Part shown: positions 56,208 through 64,000 of the stretch, in pieces | How the letters are laid out: every line of letters begins with the position of its first letter | How positions within the stretch are numbered: position 1 is the stretch's first letter | Assembly: GCF_006345805.1 (NCBI RefSeq) | Contig: NC_043006.1 | Coordinates: 11,780,001-11,844,000, forward strand | From: Octopus sinensis | Lineage: Eukaryota | Direction of reading: 5' to 3' | Length of the DNA stretch: 64,000 bases | The notes under the pieces: model-generated | Databases searched by the model: none | What the model saw: the letters and a program-made list of their open reading frames with translations, nothing else | What the model was told of the DNA's origin: nothing | Position numbers and translations under genes: made by a program

Positions 56208-58665
56208 GTGTAACACTTCCAATGAGATTTCATTTATAATGTTCTTTATCACTGATTATTAAAATCAAAGAACTGAACAAAATCGAATCTCCTAACAGAT
56301 CTGGCAAAGGAAGTTAGCAACCAAAGAGTTCTTCCCGAATGACAATAGTTTGTCTCCTTATAATAAAGTATTGAAATGGCATTTTAAAATCGGTAATGAT
56401 AAAGCCTAGACTACTATTAGGATGCCATTTGTAAGGTAAAATAACAATACGTAACCACTGATATCTGTTTAGTTCCATTTGATCTTAATAGAAAGGAAGA
56501 ATATATTTCTGATGAAAAAATCAGATACTAGCAACGTATTAGCTCTCTAAGGGAAATATTTTAGCGTAGTATTTGTATGTATTCCATTTAAACAGATCAC
56601 AAGTAAGGGGTACTGGTTCAAACCCAACTGCATCTGCATCTAATGATAAAAATATTTGCTCGATTAATATTTAGATATAAAACAGGCAATTATCGCTTCA
56701 TTATTCACCCGAAGGAAAATAAAAACAGCAACAACAATAAACCACGACAACAAAACAACGAGAAAGAAATCGTATCTGGCAAGCATACATGCCAGCTAAG
56801 AATTAAAGTATAATAATTGACGGCGATGAATACAAATGCAAGAAGGATAAATTAGGTTACTATTTTCCAAATGTTACTCAAAGCGTAATGCTTATGCTAA
56901 AATATGCTCTTCAATTACACAATATATTAATTATAGTGAGGTACATTAACTGTTACTCAAACTAGGCAGATGTTTTCTTCCATTTGAGAAGCCACAGCTT
57001 ATTATACACTAACAGAAGATATGTTGGTGAATGACAAAAGATATTTAATTAAGAGTTAAATCTAAGCTGGGTTTTTTTTTTGTCTTGAGGAAATCTCTCA
57101 AACACGTGAATTAACATTTTGTACAGCCAGTAATGATGGTTTAAATGTTGTTATCGTTACAAATGAACCGGTCCGTCACGATTTTAATTTCTTAAAGTGA
57201 TTTCATTTTTTTTCTGTAGGCTTACTATCGCTTAATACATCTAAATCGAACATTTTAACACGCTCTCAACCGATATCAACATAAAATTATTGTTATCTCG
57301 AAGAAGACGAAGGCGGCGAGCTGGCAGAAACGTTAGCGCGCCGGGCGAGATGCTTAGCGGTATTTCGCCTGCCGCTACGTTCTGAATTCAAATTCCGCCG
57401 AGGTCGACTTTGCTCTTCCTCCTTTCTGGGTCAATAAATTAAGTAACAGTTGTGTACTTAAGTCGATCAAATCGACTGCCCTCTTCTCCCAAAATTTCGA
57501 GCTTGCGCCTCGCGTAGAAAATAATCTGTAGCACGCGGGGCAAAATAATTAGCGGCATTACTTATGTTCTGAGTTCAAATTCCGCCGAGGTCAACTTTGC
57601 TTGCCCTACTTTCGGTAGGTCGTTGAAATAAGTACCTACTGGCGCAGATGTAATCGTCTAACTTCGACCCCCAAATTCCATGCCTTTTGCCTATAGCAAA
57701 AAGGATTATTTACCTTTCTAAGAAAACAGGGATCAGGTAGAATTGATAGAGCTTCGAAAGGAAATGCTTTGCGGTATTTCTTTTGTCTCTTTACGTTATG
57801 AGTTCAACTGGCCAAGATCTAGTTTGCTATTCATCCTTCTGCTGTCGATAAAGTGATCCATTGGAGGCAATGCTATTAAATTACGCCTCCCCTCAAAAAT
57901 CCTAGCTTTGGGCCTAAATCAGAACCCCCTACTGAACCCCAAGTTGACTCTGAATAATACTATATTTAAAAGGCATTCTAAACAAGATCATCCAGTATCG
58001 GAGTACATTATCTAAATTGGTTTCCCATTTTCTTTTCTTTTAAAGATAATACACTGTGATTTGAAAGAAGATTTCCTGTTATTTTCTGCGGATCAAGCAA
58101 ACACGTAGAAGGTCTGTCGTTGGTCCGTTCACTGTAATAGTGTGAGAGTGGGTCATTAGAGTTATATTTTTTTTCAGCTACTCATCTCGAAGTGAAGCGC
58201 TTCCTGTTTTGACAGGTAGCGGTCTTACTAATCAGTTTACTTCAAGTTGCAAGTCAAGAAGAAAAATAAAAACAATCATTAAACATAAAGGGAAAAAAAA
58301 TATAAAACCTAAATCATAAAGAAATACACACACACACACACACACACATATATAAGTTATAAAAATTAAAGGAAGAAGAAATAAAATTCCTACTGTAGAA
58401 TCTGTCATCGGTAGTGTCATTGAAAAATCAACATCCATAGTCATCAAAAATGATATCGGCAGGAATATCGGCTACAGGAGAAGCAACACAAAAACCTATT
58501 TGTACTGATCGATACAACGATGATTACCAATCAGGCTGCTGTCATATGTCTTCTTAATTTCTAATCTTCGAATATTTGTGATTTATATTTTTTATAATGT
58601 TTAGTCTAAATATTTCTTCACTAATTACATGGTGTGTTTTAGTTAATAGAAAATAATGAGACAAT
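52495..58665 (+). repeat. Two diverged copies of a ~280-bp dispersed repeat (52495-52780 and 58375-58665)
   Basis: Shared tgtagaNtctgt...aacatccatagtc...atcgataca...accaatca...tttagtctaaatatttcttca...ttttagttaatagaaaataatgaga. Confidence 0.75.
57312..57925 (+). mobile_element. Three head-to-tail S1 SINE copies of increasing divergence
   Basis: S1 cores start at ~57312, ~57530 and ~57740. Confidence 0.7.
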
Positions 58666-59533
58666 ATCTGTAGAATAGACAATTGAAGAAACGTTACTGG
58701 CAAAATAAATTACCCATCTTATGTAAAACGTCTCTTTTCCCAGTTCTCTTCTTTTCTTTCATAAAATAACAAAGAAAATTCCGATATTAGAATGATGCAC
58801 TCTAAATTGACAATAACAACGATCAATAAATCACCACAGCTGTTGTTCCAATCTGTTATTTTTTCAATGATGGGAACCAAGGGTAAGACACTCAAATGGA
58901 AATAATAGCTAATATGAGTTTGAAAAGCATAGAAAAAGATTGGAAAATAATATTAATGTATATTTTTGATTTTACATTGAACTGCTAATTAAAATCGAAC
59001 TTTTAATAAAAAATCCTACATAAACATGTTTTATTTTTTTGTCTTTTCGAATTTAGTTGGGCAGAAGCGAGAGGAACTGAATCAAACTGTATACTTTTGT
59101 AAATTTTATTAGAAAAAATTCAGCTCAAACAGTAAAGAATACAACTAAATGCTATTTTGCATATGCTTCTGTCTTGATTAATTAAATTCTTTTTCCGAGG
59201 CCGAAAGGCACGCTATCTTTCCTAGTAGAGTTACTTCGCATAACACATCTTTCTTTTCGCTATGTCGAAAGACATTGTATAAACATTTGTTTAGTTTTGT
59301 ATTTTTCGTTTTTCACTATTTATTTGCCTGATTTTATACTTTTATATTTTCTTCCTCTTCTCCCTACAACTTTACCATTCAGTCTACAGACTTCATTTCT
59401 TCTCTTAACACACTTGCCTTATTGTTTTCTATTCTTGTTTCTTTATCGTGTTGGTGCGTTCATATCCGAGTAGCTCGTGTTTCGGACTCTGCCAAATTGA
59501 ACGCTGTTGTTGAAAGGCTTCGAAACTGTAATG

Positions 59534-59956
59534 GGATCTTTTCGGTTTGAACGGCAGTTTTTTCTAGCGGTGTCATATGAAATTGTCTCCCATAGTTATG
59601 ACCCTAGTATCGATCTATTGCATTTCAATCTGTTTTAAGGTTAGGGTTAGGGTTAGGGGTGGGGGAAGGGTATCTTTTTTCTTAACAAATGTAAATAAAC
59701 CCAATCTGTTTCTTAAACGAGGAACATGTTCATATGGCACAGAATGATTTCTTTTACCTCAATGGACGTCATTGATTGGTTGAAATTGCAGAAATTGAAG
59801 AAAAAAACAACAAATACCTTACAAACTATAGAATTTTCTCAAGAAAGCCAAGGGAAAAAGATGTTTTATAAACACATTCTACCAGTATACGAAGTTTAAA
59901 ATTTTTTAGTTACCTAGAAATTATGTTAAAAACTGCCGTTCAAACCGAAAAGATCC
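59534..59956. mobile_element. Non-autonomous DNA transposon (Merlin-like MITE) with 8-bp TSD
   Basis: Perfect ~29-bp TIRs GGATCTTTTCGGTTTGAACGGCAGTTTTT. TSD ctgtaatg at 59526-59533 and 59957-59964. Superfamily inferred from GG termini and 8-bp TSD. Confidence 0.9.
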
Positions 59957-60886
59957 CTGTAATGGTATTTGGTTGGTCACTGATGACGGATTCAGCTTGT
60001 TTGCCTTTCTGTTTTTTCTCCTCTTAAATTCTTTCGTTTTCCACCTTCGTGCCACATTGTCATTGTTATGTATATGGTTTATACACTGCAATGTCTGCTA
60101 ATTCACCAATAACTAGATGGTATATAATCATCGTTTACCGTGTTAGAGATTTAGTAGTCTGATATAATGTTGATTTCTCTATCTATAGAAGTCATCCACA
60201 TTACAACCTTACAATCTAGCAGCACAATATTGAAGTACAACTAACTATTTGTTTCTAGCACCCGTTTACTCTCTGCTACTCATCCACTCTTTTGTCACTC
60301 AATATCGAATGCAATTTATGAATATTTAAAAATAAACATACACCGCGATCGAATACACTTAAAGTATAACATTATTGGAAAAGATTTTAAATTTATCACA
60401 CGAAGAACATTAAAATACTTTATGAGCAAAACAATGAAAAATTGAAAACAAAGAATAAAATTTGATACTGAATGTCTAAAACTGTCGATAAGTAGAGAAC
60501 AAGTTTGGAAAATATCTGAAGTGATTATTCTGTGAATTTATAAATATTGTCCGTGAGTTTTATGACGAGATATCACATGAGATTTAGATTGTATATACAG
60601 TATCTGAGATATATAATCGCAGTAGAAGTTCACCTGCCGTCTTCCCAAACTGTAACCACGGGGAGAATTAAACTACTCGATTTTAACAACCCTTACACCT
60701 TTAAAATAATCGGCTTAAAAGTTGTACAGTTGTAAGATATCCGTTGTTATCAACCGCGAATAAGTATATTCATAATCAATCGCATTCATCCATGACCATC
60801 TCGTCTTTTTATGCTATTTCATGGGTTAAATTATCTAATTTGTAATTCTCTTTATAGAAGACTTAGAACGTGTATTAAGGGAGATT

Positions 60887-61281
60887 TGTGGAGGCGCAAT
60901 GGCCCAGTGGTTAGGGCAGCGGACTCGCGGTCATAGGATCGCGGTTTCGATTCCCAGACCGGGCGTTGCGTGTGTTTATTGAGCGAAAACACCTAAAAGC
61001 TCCACGAGTCTCCGGCAGGGGATGGTGGTGATCCCTGCTGTACACTTTCACCACAACTTTCTCTTACTCTTACTCTTACTTCTTGTTTCTGTTGTACCTG
61101 TATTTCAAGGGGCCGGCCTTGTCACTCTCTGTGTCACGCTGAATATCCCCGAGAACTACGTTAAGGGTACACGTGTCTGTGGAGCGCTCAGCCACTTACA
61201 CATTAATTTCATGAGCAGGCTGTTCTGTTGATTCGGATCAACCGGAACCCTCATCGTCGTAACCGACGGAGTGCTTCCATC
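60887..61281 (+). mobile_element. Full-length tRNA-derived SINE with 13-bp TSD
   Basis: A box TGGCCCAGTGG, B box GTTTCGATTCCC. TSD attaagggagatt at 60874-60886 and 61282-61294. Confidence 0.9.
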
Positions 61282-61819
61282 ATTAAGGGAGATTCATTTG
61301 CTCTACTGAGGGGTGCCAACAACCGTACAGAAACTTATTTACTGAAGTGTCCTTTTTTTGAGCCAGAGTTACTGCAATAAGGAAAAGCCTCCGAGAACTG
61401 TGTTTTCATTTGAGATGCCCTACATATTTGCAAGGGAAAGGATTGGTGGAATTTCTGCGCAAGGACTTTCTTACTTTTCCATTCGCGTGACGTGGAGAGA
61501 GAGAGAGAGAGAAAGAGAGAGAAAGAGAGAAGAAATCGGTTCCAGTTTTCCGAATTTCATTTAACGACTTCAGATAGATAAATAACAAAGTCGGCCTCGG
61601 CGTCGTTTAAATGGAGAGCACGACCAGCTGGAGCATTTATCGCTAGTTATTGTATTCAATGCTCCAACCATTCTATCAGTTCACTGTCTTCACTGACTGC
61701 TAATTTATTACTATTTTAATTTAACAATTAATACCTTTCGATGCATTTGTAGTTTAAATATATATCATGGTTTATTTCTATCAGTGTGAAAGATTTCGGT
61801 TTTATAAAAATGTTTAGAT

Positions 61820-61840
61820 TTATTATATCTATATATATAT

Positions 61841-61890
<50 letters not shown>

Positions 61891-61909
61891 ATTTATATAT
61901 ATATATATT

Positions 61910-61949
<40 letters not shown>

Positions 61950-62085
61950 TATATATATATATATTTATATATATATATATATAATATATATTTATATATA
62001 TATATATTTATATATATATATATTATATATATATTATATATATATATATATTTATGTATATATATATTTATATATAATATATTTA

Positions 62086-62125
<40 letters not shown>

Positions 62126-62191
62126 GTATAATATATTTATTATATATATATATTATATATATATATATATATAATATATATATACTTATAG

Positions 62192-62239
<48 letters not shown>

Positions 62240-62275
62240 ATATATTTATATTATATATATTTATATATATATATC

Positions 62276-62311
<36 letters not shown>

Positions 62312-62316
62312 TATAT

Positions 62317-62348
<32 letters not shown>

Positions 62349-62416
62349 ATATATTAGTTATATATATATATATAATATTATATATATATATTATATATAT
62401 ATATATTATATATATA

Positions 62417-62453
<37 letters not shown>

Positions 62454-62706
62454 GTATATATATATTTATATATATATATATATAATATTATTATATATAT
62501 ATAGATAATATATATTATTTATGTATATATATATTTATATATATATATATTTATATATATATATATATATATAGATATAGAATATATTATATATAATATA
62601 TATAGATATATATAGATTATATATTATATATATATATATTTATAATATATATATTATATATATATATATCTTAATTATATATATAGATATTTATATAATA
62701 TATATT

Positions 62707-62753
<47 letters not shown>

Positions 62754-62755
62754 CG

Positions 62756-62791
<36 letters not shown>

Positions 62792-62824
62792 TTATATAAG
62801 ATATATATTTATATATTATATATT

Positions 62825-62871
<47 letters not shown>

Positions 62872-62873
62872 CG

Positions 62874-62909
<36 letters not shown>

Positions 62910-62961
62910 TTATATAAGATATATATTTATATATTATATATTTATATTATATATATATATT

Positions 62962-62992
<31 letters not shown>

Positions 62993-63300
62993 GATATTAT
63001 ATATATATATTTATATATATATATATATTTATAATATATATATATATTATATATATATATTTATATATATATATTATATATATATATTATATATATGTAT
63101 ATTATATTTATATATATATTTATATATATTTATATATATTTATAGATATTTATATATATATTTATATATATTTATATATATATATATATATAAATATAAT
63201 ATATATTATATATATATTTATATATATTTTATATAATAATATATATATAGTTATATTATTATAATATTATATATATATATTATATATATATAATTATACG

Positions 63301-63353
<53 letters not shown>
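61820..63353. repeat. ~1.5-kb imperfect (TA)n array
   Basis: Almost pure A/T with TATTTA interruptions. Confidence 0.95.
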
Positions 63354-63357
<4 letters not shown>

Positions 63358-63538
63358 CGTGACCGACAAGGCTATCAGATGTTGCTACACATCGCTGGTC
63401 ACAAAGCACTTCACATTGTTTTAGCCTTCAAATGACGCCACCCCGCAGGCTAAGCGAGTAGGCCAACATAAGAAAGAGGGAGAGAGAGTTGTGGCGAAAG
63501 AGTACAGCAGGGATCTCCACCCCTCTCTGCCGGAGCCT
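63354..63538 (-). mobile_element. 5'-truncated SINE sharing its core with 60887-61281 but with a different tail
   Basis: Minus strand ctccggcag...gatccctgctgtactctttcgccacaactctctc matches 61010-61063. The tail abuts the giant (TA)n array. Confidence 0.7.
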
Positions 63539-63746
63539 TGACTTCAACAGGGAGATCGAAACCATATCTTGTTGGATTAGGATATTTTGGCATAGAAATG
63601 GGCTATATCTAAACAGAAAAAAAAGTGTATTTTCAAGGAAATGAACATTAAGTTGACATAAAAAATTTTGATATGAAATTTTCGCATAAATTCGTCGTTT
63701 AAATGAGGGTGATCATAGTAAGGCGGTGATAATTATATGGGCGACA

Positions 63747-63783
<37 letters not shown>
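63747..63783. repeat. (GAT)n microsatellite
   Basis: About 12 units. Confidence 0.9.
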
Positions 63784-64000
63784 CACCGATAATATATATT
63801 TTACTTTAAGAGACACAAGGTAAATTTTATTATTGTAATAAATATAGTTGATCAAATCGCCTCGGTACTTTTACATGTAATAACTTAATCAACCTTCACA
63901 AGATGAAAGACGATTGCAAATCCTTCGACCCTAATTAGAAAAAAAAAGGAGAGAGGAGATAATAAATTCTTAAGGTTAGTGCTTTTCCCATTTTTATATT

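Noticed and set aside
59635-59660. Telomere or chromosome fusion site
   Set aside because: Only three perfect units, located inside a MITE.
59978-60000. Isolated CTGANGA boxes (also at ~21682, 31462, 48414 and 50144)
   Set aside because: No matching stem II, GAAA and stem I, so they are expected by chance.
60890-60965. Possible tRNA gene
   Set aside because: It is the tRNA-derived head of a TSD-flanked SINE and has no complete cloverleaf.

Overview
AT-rich, microsatellite-saturated eukaryotic DNA. The repeat repertoire (Nin/Deu-domain tRNA SINEs, Dong/R4 LINEs with (CATA)n tails, Penelope fragments) resembles an octopus/cephalopod genome; this is my inference. The only host-gene feature I can support is one 200-bp minus-strand exon (35451-35650) of an Erg-type KCNH potassium channel, so nearly the whole window is probably intron. 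The rest is SINEs, decayed Dong/R4 LINEs, a Penelope (RT/GIY-YIG) fragment, an IR-DR Tc1 element, a mariner fragment, MITEs, Helitron ends, large (TA)n arrays and a ~2-kb duplication across an N gap that is probably an assembly artefact. The most striking unexplained signal is about ten minimal type-I hammerhead-ribozyme(-like) motifs from several unrelated sequence families. They sit in short elements embedded in (TA)n tracts, four of them within fold-back inverted repeats, and several lie on the channel pre-mRNA strand. All structures were assigned by eye and catalytic activity is untested. Most listed ORFs are microsatellite artefacts.
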